A DNA stretch of 64,000 nt, from contig MU008157.1 of assembly GCA_010909165.1 (NCBI GenBank), positions 1,062,059-1,126,058 on the forward strand. The letters are read 5' to 3'. The position numbers were made by a program, and so were the translations under genes. Below the pieces are notes generated by a model, which ran no database searches, was not told the DNA's origin, and was given only the letters and a program-made list of their open reading frames with translations. Origin of the DNA: Anthoceros angustus (Eukaryota; Plantae; Anthocerotophyta). Positions within the stretch are counted from its first letter, which is position 1, and each line of letters opens with the position of its first letter. Below, one piece after another: positions 1 to 12,100 of this stretch.

Positions 1-1355
1 CACAGCAGCAACTGCAGAACAACAGGAAAAAGAATGAAACAAAGGCATCCCCTTGCGGCCATCACCCTCCCCCAACCATCCTCCTCCCAAGGTCCGCCTT
101 CCGCCCTTCCGCTCCTGTGCTCCTGTTTCGCCTCAGCTGCACAGGCAACAATGACCGCGATGACCACGCCCCCGAAAAAAATCGCGAATCTCGACTTAGG
201 GCACAGGAATTTATCATAAATTACATTCCTAACTCAACCCGAGTCCGTCATTAGTAACTACATAAACCTCTTACCAGCAGGTCGGGTGTTAGTTTAGGTA
301 ACAATATCCTATCCGCCAGATCGTTCGTAGGAAGCTTACAGGCTGGGCACTGCGATCTCCACGCTGCTCCGAACCACGACAATCGGAAGCTGGACTACAA
401 AAGCCTTCACGACCTACTCCTGTCACAGCTAGAAACCGTGCCTGCATCGCATTTCCACGTTCGCCTTCACTTGACCGAGGCCTCGGAGTCGGAGCAATGG
501 CCGCCACCACATCCCTCCCATCACCTCTGTCCTCCGATCACCTCTGTCCCTGATCGCCTCTGTCCGTCTTGTCCCCTCTGTCACTCCTATCAACTCGCGT
601 TTTTGTCACCTCTGTCATTCCTATCCACACCATCCTCCATCACCTCTACTCCCTCTGTACCTGTCTCTACTCCGATTCCTGGTGCTCCTAACCTGCCCTC
701 ATCCCTCCCCTGAACCCTATCAACAGGGCCATCCCTGCCCCTGTGCGCACTCTTGCCGTCCATCCTCGCAACCTCTTCTTCCAAACCCTAAGTCACAACG
801 GCAACCTGCCTTCCCGCTACCGCAGCTGCAACAGAATTGAGCCACAGCAGCAACTGCAGAACAACAGGAAAAAGAATGAAACAAAGGCATCCCCTTGCGG
901 CCATCACCCTCCCCCAACCATCCTCCTCCCAAGGTCCGCCTTCCGCCCTTCCGCTCCTGTGCTCCTGTTTCGCCTCAGCTGCACAGGCAACAATGACCGC
1001 GATGACCACGCCCCCGAAAAAAATCGCGAATCTCGACTTAGGGCACAGGAATTTATCATAAATTACATTCCTAACTCAACCCGAGTCCGTCATTAGTAAC
1101 TACATAAACCTCTTACCAGCAGGTCGGGTGTTAGTTTAGGTAACAATATCCTATCCGCCAGATCGTTCGTAGGAAGCTTACAGGCTGGGCACTGCGATCT
1201 CCACGCTGCTCCGAACCACGACAATCGGAAGCTGGACTACAAAAGCCTTCACGACCTACTCCTGTCACAGCTAGAAACCGTGCCTGCATCGCATTTCCAC
1301 GTTCGCCTTCACTTGACCGAGGCCTCGGAGTCGGAGCAATGGCCGCCACCACATC
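1..1355. repeat. Direct repeat, offset 842 bp: 1-513 = 843-1355 (upstream region plus first codons of LHCB); left copy probably starts before the window
   Basis: The sequence from base 1 (cacagcagcaactgcag...) recurs at 843 and matches through ...atggccgccaccacatc (513/1355). The ORF track shows identical peptides at an 842 offset (289/1131). Confidence 0.95.
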
Positions 1356-2248
1356 ATGCGCCTCCAGCGCTGCCCTTGCAGGGCAGACCGTCTTCAGGCA
1401 GCGCAGCGAGATCCTGGATGCTGCTGGAAGCAGCGAGTCCAAACTCCAGATGAGGAAGACCGTGAGATCGGCTAGCTCCAACTCCAGCGTCTGGTGAGCA
1501 TTTGTCGATACATGTCTAGACTACTGATGTCTGTCCATGCCAGTCAGGACGATCGATGTTGTACATAACATTCCTGGATTGACCTGCTGCTTGCAGGTAT
1601 GGTGCGGACCGGCCTCTGTGGTTGGGGCCCTTCTCCGGCGAGACTCCATCCTACCTCAAGGGAGAGTTCCCAGGCGACTACGGCTGGGACACCGCCGGAT
1701 TGTCCGCCGATCCCGAGACATTCGCCAGGAACCGGGAGCTGGAGGTGATTCATGCCCGGTGGGCGATGCTGGGAGCTTTGGGTTGCGTCACACCCGAGCT
1801 GCTGGCCAAGAGCGGGGTCTCCTTCGGAGAGTCCGTGTGGTTCAAGGCTGGGTCTCAGATCTTCGCTGAAGGCGGGCTTGATTATCTGGGGAACCCGAGC
1901 CTGGTTCACGCTCAGAGCATTTTGGCCATCTGGGCCAGCCAGGTGATCCTCATGGGAGCTGTGGAGGCTTACCGTGTGGCTGGAGGACCCCTGGGCGATG
2001 TGAGCGACCCTCTGTATCCGGGAGGCTCGTTCGACCCCTTGGGTCTGGCTGACGACCCCGACACCTTCGCTGAGCTCAAGGTGAAGGAGCTGAAGAACGG
2101 GCGGCTGGCCATGTTCTCCATGTTCGGCTTCTTCGTGCAAGCTATCGTCACCGGAAAGGGGCCGATTGAGAACCTTTCCGATCACTTGGCGGATCCCTCT
2201 GTCAAGAACGCCTGGGCGTATGCCACTAACTTCACCCCCGGCGCCTAA
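1339..2248 (+). CDS. LHCB: Major light-harvesting chlorophyll a/b-binding protein of PSII (LHCII, Lhcb1/Lhcb2/Lhcbm type), join(1339..1493,1597..2248), 268 aa
   Basis: Exon 1 reads [52 protein letters not shown] (transit peptide plus RKT N-terminus). Exon 2 reads [80 protein letters not shown]. Splicing keeps the frame (807 nt). Confidence 0.97.
1494..1596 (+). other. GT-AG intron of LHCB (103 bp), splitting the Trp codon of SVW/YG
   Basis: Donor TG|gtgagc, acceptor ttgcag|G; joining the exons restores the conserved WYG motif. Confidence 0.92.
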
Positions 2249-3987
2249 GCCTGAGAGATCGGCGGAATGCAGGCATTTTTGTTACGACGTACCATAGTTT
2301 GCCATCGGTTGTGCTCTTGGAAACCTGCAAGAAGCTTGCTGATTACTAAGCGGGTCCCTTTATTAGTATTTCATTCTTTCACAAGCTGTACGATTCGTTT
2401 TTGTTTTATGCTGGCAAATTGAACCACTTCTTCTTGGCCACAGTCGTCTTGTTTTGCTTAGTCCAGAATCTCTCTCCACACCAGGTTGTGTTTACGGATT
2501 GTAGGTGTCCTCAATCTGCAGGAGCAAAAGATTGGGCGGTAATATCGCCTTGACTGATGATCTAGACCCAAATTGAATCAATTGAGGGAGCACTCTCCAT
2601 AAGAGTAAGATAAGAAGATAGAATAGTTCATCGTCCATATTTGAAGGTGAAACAAGAATGGCTCCGCTGCTAGCATCATGACGCAGATTTTATTTTAATG
2701 TAGAGATTTCATGACAGACGGAGGTGGTGGTTATTGACTCTGGAGACACCATCTCTGCTTATGTTTTCATTATTCGCCCAGGTTGGGCTGTTGCCGGAGT
2801 AGCAGCTCTCAAGGTCAGAAAATACAGCAGGATGCACGCAGGCCACCTTTTTATTCCGCTCACACTTAATAAAATGTATGGGGCGATGGCCGACAACTTC
2901 AATAAATTTCTGAAGTCATGATGTGCAGGCATGGCGCGGGGTTGTTTCTTTCCTACCTCACAACATACTTCAAACAGCCAGTCTCAATTGCCCTTCAAAT
3001 GGCCCTTTCGACAGCGATTCTTTGCAAGGCGACGAGCGCAGGTGACGCTTCTTCCTCTTCCTTCATGGTTTGTTCTTCCTGCACATGACATTGTGAAGGT
3101 GACTATAGGTAGGGAGCTTAATGACTCGCTTTCACTTTAACCCTCGGGGTCCTCCTTGGTTGTCCCTTGCTAGATGGGCTTTTCCCATCATTTTTTTCCC
3201 TTTAATAAAATGTAAAACAGATTTTGATGTAGAGGTTAATGAGTTCATCATCAATAGTCACATTTAAATGTAGAAAGAAGAATAGTTCTGCCGCTGGCTT
3301 AAAATTATTCACGATAATAATTGAAGTGGTTGAATATGCTTCATCGCCTTCCAGTGTGAATACACGCGAAATGGGGTTTTGGATGGGCACCGAAATGCTT
3401 TAATTGAACATCAAATGTAGAAAAAGGCACAAATCTAAGGATTTCGTGAACAAACCTTATACCGTAGTGCTGCTCGCAAAATTAGAGTAAGGGTCCGCTG
3501 TATGAGAAGAGGATTGCTTTTCAGGCAAATAATGCCCATGTCGTCAATCCATGCAAGCCAGTAAAGAATAGTAAATTAATATGTGATTCCATTTCTGCAG
3601 ATGCAGCCATGGTAGAGCGTGCGTGCATTTCTATAATCTTGCAACACATTCGTTATAGATATGGTCGACATGGTTGTGCACAACAACCTTAGTTCTGAAA
3701 GACCCTCAATATCCCGTGAATGATGCGCCCAAGTTTTTTCCTCTTTCTCGAGCTCAATGGAGGCCGCGGCTGTCCTTCTACGAAGGTCACAGCAGTTGAA
3801 AACCATCATTATTCACGACCAAGGCTGTGTTGTGGTCGGAAGCGTGAAAGGTGCTATATTCTTTCTCATTCTGTGTGAATCATACATTTCAAATGCTTGC
3901 GGAGAACGGGTTGCTTGTTTGACCAACGCAAGTTGTCTTGATTCAAACCTATGAAAGCCAAGACGCAAGTAGGCATGAACCTCCTTC

Positions 3988-4031
3988 TTGACCAAAATGA
4001 TAAAGGATTGACCAAAATGATAAAGGATTGA
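3988..4031. repeat. 20-bp tandem duplication (ttgaccaaaatgataaagga x2)
   Basis: Read directly from the sequence. Confidence 0.85.
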
Positions 4032-4327
4032 TGGATAGGCAAACGCCAACTTTAGCTACTTGCTGCTTGCATAAGTAGGCAAACCATGGTCTAGCGCGGA
4101 TAAGTCATAATGTGTATTGGTGCACGACAAGTGGTTGCAAGCCATAGTGTCTATGTCGACGCAGGCATACCGGTGGGCACTCAAAATCTATCTAAGGATG
4201 CCACCATGCCGGTGCCCTTTGGAGGGACCATAAAGGCATGAGGTGACAGCATGCCAACTCTTTTACTTTTATATCATCTAAAAGAGTTGGTGAAGTGATA
4301 TCCTAGTGGTCGTGCCATGGTGTAGCG

Positions 4328-4429
4328 TGCGGTGCGGAGCGGGAGCAGCGGGCGGTGCGGAGCAGCCGCGGCTTGCGGTGCGGAGCGGGAGCGGCCATGG
4401 CTTGCGGTGCGGAGCGGGAGCGGAGCGGC
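4328..4429. repeat. GC-rich imperfect repeats (gcggtgcggagcgggagc), about 3-4 copies
   Basis: Read directly from the sequence; lies upstream of the LINE ORFs. Confidence 0.7.
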
Positions 4430-4531
4430 ATGTGATGTAGGTGTGTGGAAGCCTTTGGCCCTGCTATGCAGAGTTCCTGCTGGTAGGCCCGGCCGTGCGG
4501 AGTTCCTGACAGCAGGCCTTGCCCGGAGGGT

Positions 4532-4704
4532 TTCGGGTTTGTGGGGCCCTGCCCTCCCGTGAAGGGGGGGTTCGGGTTTGTGGGGCCCTGCCCTCTCGTG
4601 AAGGGGGGGGTTTGGGTTTGTGGGGCCCTGCCCTCCCGTGAAGGGGGGGTTCGGGTTTGTGGGGCCCTGCCCTCCCGTGAAGGGGGGGTTCGGGTTTGTG
4701 GGGC
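4532..4704 (+). repeat. 39-40 bp G-rich minisatellite (ttcgggtttgtggggccctgccctcccgtgaaggggggg), 4 copies plus a partial, in the putative LINE 5' UTR
   Basis: Read directly from the sequence; ends about 110 bp before ORF1. Confidence 0.9.
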
Positions 4705-4817
4705 TTTGGTGTGCATGGTTTCAGGCATGATAGTGCATCACGGATTAGGACGATAGGAATCGTTTTTTGCCATAGGGCCGTGTCACTTTCTTCATATTCT
4801 GGTGTAAGTCTCCTCTG

Positions 4818-5699
4818 TTGATTCCCATGGTAGTGAGGGGATGCTCGTTCGAGGAGTGGGAGGGTATTTTAAAGGCTATAAAGGAGGACTTCGAAGCAGT
4901 AATACAAGGCCTTCAATCCCGGCTGGTGGACTTAGAGGCAGCCCCCAAGGTCAAGGTCTTGGAAGAGGCCAATGCCCGTCTGCACAAGGAACTCAAGAAA
5001 TCGAAAGCTGACGTCAAGTCTTTAAAGGCTGATATTGTGTCCTTGCAGTTATCCAATGGAAACTTGGCTCATGTGTTACGGGAGGAAGAGGCTTCCTGAC
5101 GTGCAGATATTCAGGCTCTTCAGGACTGTGCTGAGGACTCTATGCTTAAATTGGTCAAAAATTCCAATCAAGAATGCTTCAACTCTATTCGCAATGATAT
5201 CTCCAAGCAAGTTGAGCAGGAGCTTCGGGCACGTCCTTCTATGGAACCTGCCCGGACATATGCTACAATTACTTCCCCTGCTATTGTCAATGCAACTATT
5301 CTAGAGTCGCGTGACCGTGATAAGCGATCAAGGAACCTCCGTATTACAGGTATTTCTGGTGACACGCCTGAGGCTGCTATCAGGAATTTTCTGACGCACA
5401 CCATTAAAGTCAATGTCCATTTTGAACATGCTTGGAGAGTTGGTAAGGACCACTCTCGTCCTCCGACTTTCATTGTTTGCTTCCACTCCCTTGAGGACAG
5501 GCTGCAGGTGTTGCGGCAACGTACTTCTTTGAAAGGCTTGGAGGTTTTTGTCAACCTAGACCTGACCCCCACCGAATGGGCCCACAAGAAGGATCAGTTG
5601 CTGGTATGCAAGCAGGCAAAATTGGAAGGACGAGTGGCGAATTCCATTGATGACAAACTGATTATTAGAGACAATGTGCAAGGTCGGCCTCCTCCATAG
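4818..5699 (+). pseudogene. LINE ORF1 (coiled coil plus L1/Tnp22-like RRM-type domain), with one in-frame TGA at 5097-5099
   Basis: ORFs 4818-5099 and 5142-5699 share a frame. Motifs RSRNLRITGI, AWRVGK..RPPTFIVCF and LKGLEVFVNLDLT are typical of L1/CR1-type ORF1p. Confidence 0.8.
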
Positions 5700-5734
5700 G
5701 AAAGTGAGGCCCATATTGTTGCTGTCGACCTCCG

Positions 5735-8353
5735 TTGGCCTCCTGGAATTGCAATGGTTCTATTTTCTCTAAACCGGGTGGAATGCTTCAGCTCCTTACG
5801 AGCCATGACATCGTCTTCTTGGTGGAAACCCATGAGCACCATACTCGCTCTATGCCTTCTTTTCCAGGTTTTCAATGTCTTTCCTCTTTCCGACATCATG
5901 TCTCTAGTAACTCGGATAAGGCCTATGGAGGTATCGTCTGCTATTTCCGTGAGTCCCTGGCTGCCTTTATCTCTCTGGTCAGGATTGATGTTCAAAGCAC
6001 CGTCCTATGGGTCAAGATTTCCTCCTCCCTTCTGTCCTCCGTGCGTGACCTTTATGTGGGTATTTGTTATTTTCCGCCCCGGTCTTCTAGATCTGCTGCA
6101 AACGGTGTCGACCCATATGTCGACCTCTCCGAATCTGTGTCTGAGTTTTCCTCTATTGTAGACATTCTCCTTGTTGGCAATTTCAATGCCTGGACTAATT
6201 GCTAGCAGGCTTCTACTTATGATTCTATGGACTCTGACAAATTATTCCGACCTCTTGGGCCGGATCTCGGGCTCAATAGGTTTCTGATGACACCCATGAT
6301 GTCAACGCCTATGGCTCTGCCTTATTACTGACTTGAGCTCATAATCTCCTCATCTTCAAGCGGTCTAACTTGCTGGCGGACATTGCAAATTCTTTCTTTT
6401 ACGGAGATGGTCATACTTCTAGCAGGCTGGAATATATTATTGGAGATGCTCAACTTCTTTCCCGCATCTCTAACCTGCGGACTAATGACGATGTCCGCAT
6501 CCAATCTGACCATGCGGCTGATTGCTTTCAGCTTTGTGCCTTGCCTCCCTCGCCACCTCCCTCTCCCCCACTCTCTATCACCACCCGCTTACGCCTTTCC
6601 CATGTACAAGCCTCTCAATATTCCCGCCTACTCAAAGCCTCCCTCACCTCCATTCCGCAGGACCTTCCCTTCCTCTCTATGGCCAAACGGTGTCGACCCA
6701 TATGTCGACCTCTCCGAATCTGTGTCTGAGTTTTCCTCTATTGTAGACATTCTCCTTGTTGGCAATTTCAATGCCTGGACTAATTGCTAGCAGGCTTCTA
6801 CTTATGATTCTATGGACTCTGACAAATTATTCCCGCTGGACCTACTGGACCGGATCTCGGGCTCAATAGGTTTCCTGATGACACCCATGATGTCAACGCC
6901 TATGGCTCTGCCTTATTACAGCTTGCCGAAGCTCATAATCTCCTCATCTTCAACGGTCTAACTTGCTGGCCGGACAGTTGCAGAAATTCTTTCTTTTCCG
7001 GAGATGGTCATACTTCTAGCAGGCTGGAATATATTATTGGAGATGCTCAACTTCTTTCCCGCATCTCTAACCTGCGGACTAATGACGATGTCCGCATCCA
7101 ATCTGACCATGCGGCTGATTGCTTTCAACTTTGTGCCTTGCCTCCCTCGCCACCTCCCTCTCCCCCACTCTCTATCACCACCCGCTTCCGCCTTTCCCAT
7201 GTACAAGCCTCTCAATATTCCCGCCTACTCAAAGCCTCCCTCACCTCCATTCCGCAGGACCTTCCCTTCCTCTCTATGGCCTCCTCCTCTTCCTCGGCTA
7301 TTCTTTCCTCCGCTAGGTCTACCTTTCCATTCAAATTCAACCTCCCTCCATCCCACAAAAATACTGCTCCCCGCCACCCCTGGTTTGATGCCGATTGTAA
7401 ACGCATGCGCTTCCAATTGCACCAGACCCTCCGCCAACTCCAACATCCACCTTGATCTCGCCACTCTCCTCTCTTAAAGCTACTATTAAGCCTTACAAGA
7501 CCTTCCTCTCCATGAAAAAGGATCAATTCTTCCAAACCGAGCACAACCGTCTCAACTCCCTCTTGCAGACTTCTCCTGGTGGCTCTGCCTTCTGGAAGGA
7601 ATTTCACTCTAGGTCCCCCGTTCTCCTCAAAGCTAATCCCAAACTTCTGACCTTTGTTGATGGACTTTACCATATCCCCTCCGCTATCCTTGCTCCTAAG
7701 TCCTCTGATCCTGGTCTAAGGTTTTTTTCGCCAGATCTTGTGGCTAGAGCCATAAAGAAGCTTCGGAGCGGGACTGCTATGGATCCTGCTGGCACCCATG
7801 GAGACCTCTTTCGTTATGCTGACGTTGTCTCACTCTCATCTCACCTTGCTTCCCTTTTCAATGATGCTCTCCCCCATGGATTTCCAGATAGCTGTGTGAG
7901 AATGATATTCATTCAATTTTGAAGGCTGGTAACCCTTACCTCCCTTCTAACTATCGGTTTGTCACTGTGGAGTCCATTTATGCCAAGATTTATAGCTCTT
8001 GTCTGGAGATTCTCACCACTTCTTGGGCTTAGGAAGCTAAAGTGCGTGCTCGGGGTCAGACTAGTTTTTGCCCTCACCGGAATACTATGGACAACATCTT
8101 TACTCTCAGGGCTATTGTTGACGAGGCACGGTCTCCAAAGAAACATGTCTATTGTTGTTTTGTGGATTTCAAGAGAGCCTTCAACTCTGTGCCTTGCATT
8201 GGGACAAGCTCTTTGACAGGTTGAAGTCTTTGAGGATGCCTCCACACCTCTGGCATGCTGCTATTCTCTTGTATTCTCGTGTCTTTGCTCATATCCAGTC
8301 CCCCCCTGGCTTGGCTGCTTTCCAGATTCCCATCAGCTTGGCTTGAGAGAGGG
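5735..8353 (+). pseudogene. LINE ORF2 (AP endonuclease plus reverse transcriptase), frameshifted, internally duplicated and truncated
   Basis: APE motifs: ASWNCNG, DIVFLVETH, YFPP, VGNFNA, NAYGSALL, QSDH. Linker: HPWFDADC. RT motifs: PSNYR, ARGQTSF, YCCFVDFKRAFNSVP, GLREG at 8339-8353. Confidence 0.9.
6099..7280 (+). repeat. Tandem duplication inside ORF2: 6099-6683 (585 bp) and 6684-7280 (597 bp)
   Basis: Both copies begin caaacggtgtcgaccc, end ctctctatggc and share the TAG after NAWTNC (6203, 6788). The left copy has extra small deletions. Confidence 0.92.
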
Positions 8354-8423
8354 TGTGGGAGGAAAATCCCGGGGCTTCCAAGATTCCCCCTCTAGTGGCC
8401 ACACTTATTCCACTGTCGTTTCG

Positions 8424-8585
8424 TGTAGATAGTATCAGTTAGTTCTAACCCTAGTTATTTAATCCTAGTTAGGGTTCACGAACCGTTGCGTGCTCCTTGA
8501 GCGTTAAGAACCTTTCTGTTGCTCTGAAACATAACATCTTTCAATACAATTTCAGTCTTCGTTACTTCATGAAATACCATTTTCA
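8424..8585 (+). repeat. Copia 5' LTR (TG...CA)
   Basis: Differs from 13424-13585 by 3 transitions and no indels. Confidence 0.96.
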
Positions 8586-8597
8586 TGGTATCAGAGC
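8586..8597 (+). promoter_or_regulatory. Primer binding site for initiator tRNA-Met (TGGTATCAGAGC)
   Basis: Canonical plant copia PBS immediately after the LTR CA. Confidence 0.95.
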
Positions 8598-9113
8598 ATG
8601 AACTAATCGAGTAATTTCTTTTTAAGAAATGTCTCTTCTTATAAGAGCATTTTCTTTCCTTACAAGAAAATTTTATTTTACAATGCTTTTCATTCTTTTT
8701 AATTAGATTACAAAATGGAGCAACACTCGGATCCTTCATATAGACCTGAAAATCTTTCTTTCAAAACTAATATCTCAAGAAGAAATAACATGGATCTTCA
8801 CTCTGATTTTATTATTTTAGAAAGAAAAATGGATCTCATTCTAGAATCAATATTTTATAGAACATATGGATTTATTTAATTATCATATTCGAAATTTAAT
8901 CTCTGATGTTAATACAGTCATCACATCAAACAGACCCTCTACCAAGTCTCAATCTTCTCAAACAGAAAAAGAATAGAAATTACGGTTCTTTATTTCTTAG
9001 CAAGTTCTTTTTCTCTAGATGTTTCTTTAATATCTAATCTTGAAATTTACAGTACTTTCTTTCTTAAGATAACAATTCTTTCTTTATTTATTAGAAGTTA
9101 TTTCTTACAAATC

Positions 9114-12100
9114 ATGGCAACTTCTAATTCTCGTTCTTATAATATCGAAAAACTGTCTGATTCTAATTGGCATACTTGATCTTTTAAACTTCGTATGCTA
9201 CTCCAAAAATTAGGCCTTTGGCACATAGTATCTGGAACTTGCTTGAAACCTGCTGCCGGTCATGCTGATGAAGCTGCTTGGATCACCTCTGATGAATCTG
9301 CTCAAACAGAAATTGTTCTCCATTTAGGAGATCGCCACATTGCCAAAGTCAAACGGTTAACTACCTCTAAAGCTATTTGGGATAAGCTCTCTGGCTGTTT
9401 TCAAGAGGTGAGTTTAACAACTCAACTCTTACAGCAGGATAAACTTGCTGCTTTAAAGCTCAAGGAAGGGGAATCTGCTATTGATTTCCTTTCAACATGG
9501 GAACAAGCCCTCGATGAGGCCCTCTCATCAGGCTTGGCAGTGGATGAAAATACGCAAGTAATGTACTTGCTTCGCTCCCTGCCCCCATCGTGGAGACCTT
9601 TTGTGTCCACAACTTCCAGCTTAGCCACAACAGCTAATCCTCTAACCCTTACATCGCTATTGGCAAAAATTAGGCATGAAGCTATTTTGCGAGGTGTCCA
9701 TCTTTCAGATATTAACACCACAGGAACCTCAGCCCTATACGCTGGTCCTAACAAACCGAAATATAGGGGCAAGGTTCCTTTCACACTGGAACTAGAAACA
9801 AACCACCTCCAAATAATCCCGCTCATAAACACCTAGTTTGCCACTACTGTAAGAAGAAGGGTCACATAGCCCCAGACTGTCGCAAGCGAAAACAAGATAG
9901 AGCTAATGGCGTCAGCCACACTGACCACAAACCCTTCAACCAGGCTCTCAATACTGCAGCAGCCCCTTCTACATCTACCCCAATAACGCCGTCTTATCTG
10001 TTTACTGCACACTCTTCTATGTTGTTACCGGCTCCTCTCTTCGATTGGTGGCTCCTTGATAGTGGCTGCACGGAGCATATGACTCCTCGAAGAGAATGGT
10101 TTCTCACATATCTCCCTCTGGAGAAGCAGAGACCTGTTCATATTGGTGACAACTCCACCCTTAGGTATTGCCTGCACCGTACAAATCCAAATACAAGGCG
10201 TCCTTTGCCTATGTAAAAGATGTACTACATGTCTGGCCTTTCTCAAAGTCCGCTGTGTCGTGCCACATCCAAGGTTGGCAACTCTATTACCTTTTCCCAC
10301 CAAGGTTGCGAAGTTACATTGCGAGCCACTAATGGGCAAAGCTTCAAGCTTGTCTGTCGTGCTATGGGCAGTCTCTATCCCATAGCTCGTGGCCTTGCTC
10401 CTTCGACTGACGGTATATCAGAACCTTCCTCCTTCAGTCTAGCTATAAATCCCAACCTAAGTCATCAGACTAAATTGTGGCATTTGAGGCTCTCTCATCT
10501 TCACATTCAGGGCCTGCACAAAATGCAGAAGCAATAGATGGTTGAAGGTTTACCTCCGCTGTCTGACTTGCCCTTCTGCCCTGGTTGCCTTACTGGTAAG
10601 CAACATAGCCAACCCTATCCTAGGTCCGCTCACACACCTCTAATGTACTTGAGGTTGTTCATGCCGACTTATGTGGTCCCATGCAGACTCCTTCCCTTGC
10701 AAGAAAATTGTACATCTTTGTCATTCTCGATGACTACAGTCACTTTACCACCCTCTACTTCCTTACTCACAAGTCAGAGGCATTCTTCAGTTTTAAAACC
10801 TTTCAGGCTTTAGTTGAAAATCAGACTGGTCAGCGCATTAAGATTTTTCGGTCAGACAATGCTAAGGAACTAACTTCCCTTGCCTTTGAAGCTCACTTGT
10901 TGGCCCATGGCATTCAACATCAAAAGATAGTGCCCTATGCACATCAGCAGTTGGGCAAGGCGGAGCGCCGAAATCGGTCCCTTATGGATGCTGTCCGCAG
11001 CTCCTTGGCCACAACCCATCTTCCAAATTATTTATGGGCAGATGCTGCTGCTACAGCCTGTTACGTGCAAAACCGCTGCAGCACTTCCACTGTTCCTGGC
11101 AAGACTCCGTTTGAAGTATGGACAGGCTGCAAGCCCAATGTTAGCCACTTTCGCATTTTTGGCTGTGATGCCTATGCTCATGTTCCACCAGAATTACGGA
11201 AAAAATTGGATCCCCAGTCCACCAAACTGACCTTCATTGGCTACGGTGAATCTGATGGAGTTAAAGGCTATCGCTTGTTGAACAGACAGACTCGTCGGGT
11301 TATTCTTGCCCGCAATGTCATTTTTAATGAGCTGCCTCTCTTGACAGACTTACTCCTTTGAATAATCCAGCCCCGATTCACGAGGCCTCTATGGAGACGT
11401 TTATCCATGATGGTGCTGCCTATGTACCTCCCGCACCCCATATTCCACCCTCCCTCCACTAGCATTCCTCCGACGACACCACTGCAGGGTCCACCCCACC
11501 TCGGGCGTCCCCTCCACTAGTACTCAAGGTTTCCCTCATCCACCCCCATTCACGAGGCCTCTATGGAGACGTTTATCCATGATGGTGCTGCCTATGTACC
11601 TCCCGCACCCCATATTCCACCCCTCCCTCCACCTGCTGTCGTTACTCCTCCGACGACACCACCTGCAGGGTCCACCCCACCTCGGGCGTCCCCCTCCACT
11701 AGTACTCCGGGATTTCCCTCATCCACCCCCTCGCCCTATAATGTGTTATCTTCTCCTCAGATGGCTCGACGTCCAATTCCTGGCAGACCTGTGTAGCTAT
11801 CGGGGGGAGAAGGATCAGATTTAGCTGCACAAGCTCTTGAAGAAGTGTTACTAACCCCTGCACCTGCAGAGCTACATGGTCCACGATTACGACGTTCGAC
11901 AAGAACAAATAAAGGAGTACCAGGGACACGTTTTGATGACCTAGAGTACTCCAAAGGACTTGTAGCTAATTCCGTCTCTATCATCAGTGACCCTCGTGCC
12001 GTGCGAGAAGCGTTTAATGGTGACGAAGGCACTGAGTGGCGAGCTTCCATGGATCGAGAGTTCAACTCTCTCATTGCTAATGAAACTTGGACCCTCGTAG

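Larger units (their letters stand above)
4320..8353 (+). mobile_element. Non-LTR retrotransposon (APE-type LINE, RTEX/CR1-L2-like), decayed; 3' part removed by an LTR insertion; 5' boundary approximate
   Basis: Has an ORF1 and an ORF2 with APE endonuclease motifs and RT motifs up to GLREG. The clade assignment is an inference from motif style. Confidence 0.88.

Noticed and set aside
1544-2185. 213-aa minus-strand ORF
   Set aside because: Antisense shadow of the codon-biased LHCB exon.
2249-4300. Short ORFs downstream of LHCB
   Set aside because: No recognisable motifs or exon structure; treated as 3' UTR/intergenic.
8440-8480. aaccct/ttaggg as a telomeric repeat
   Set aside because: Single words within the copia LTR, not an array.
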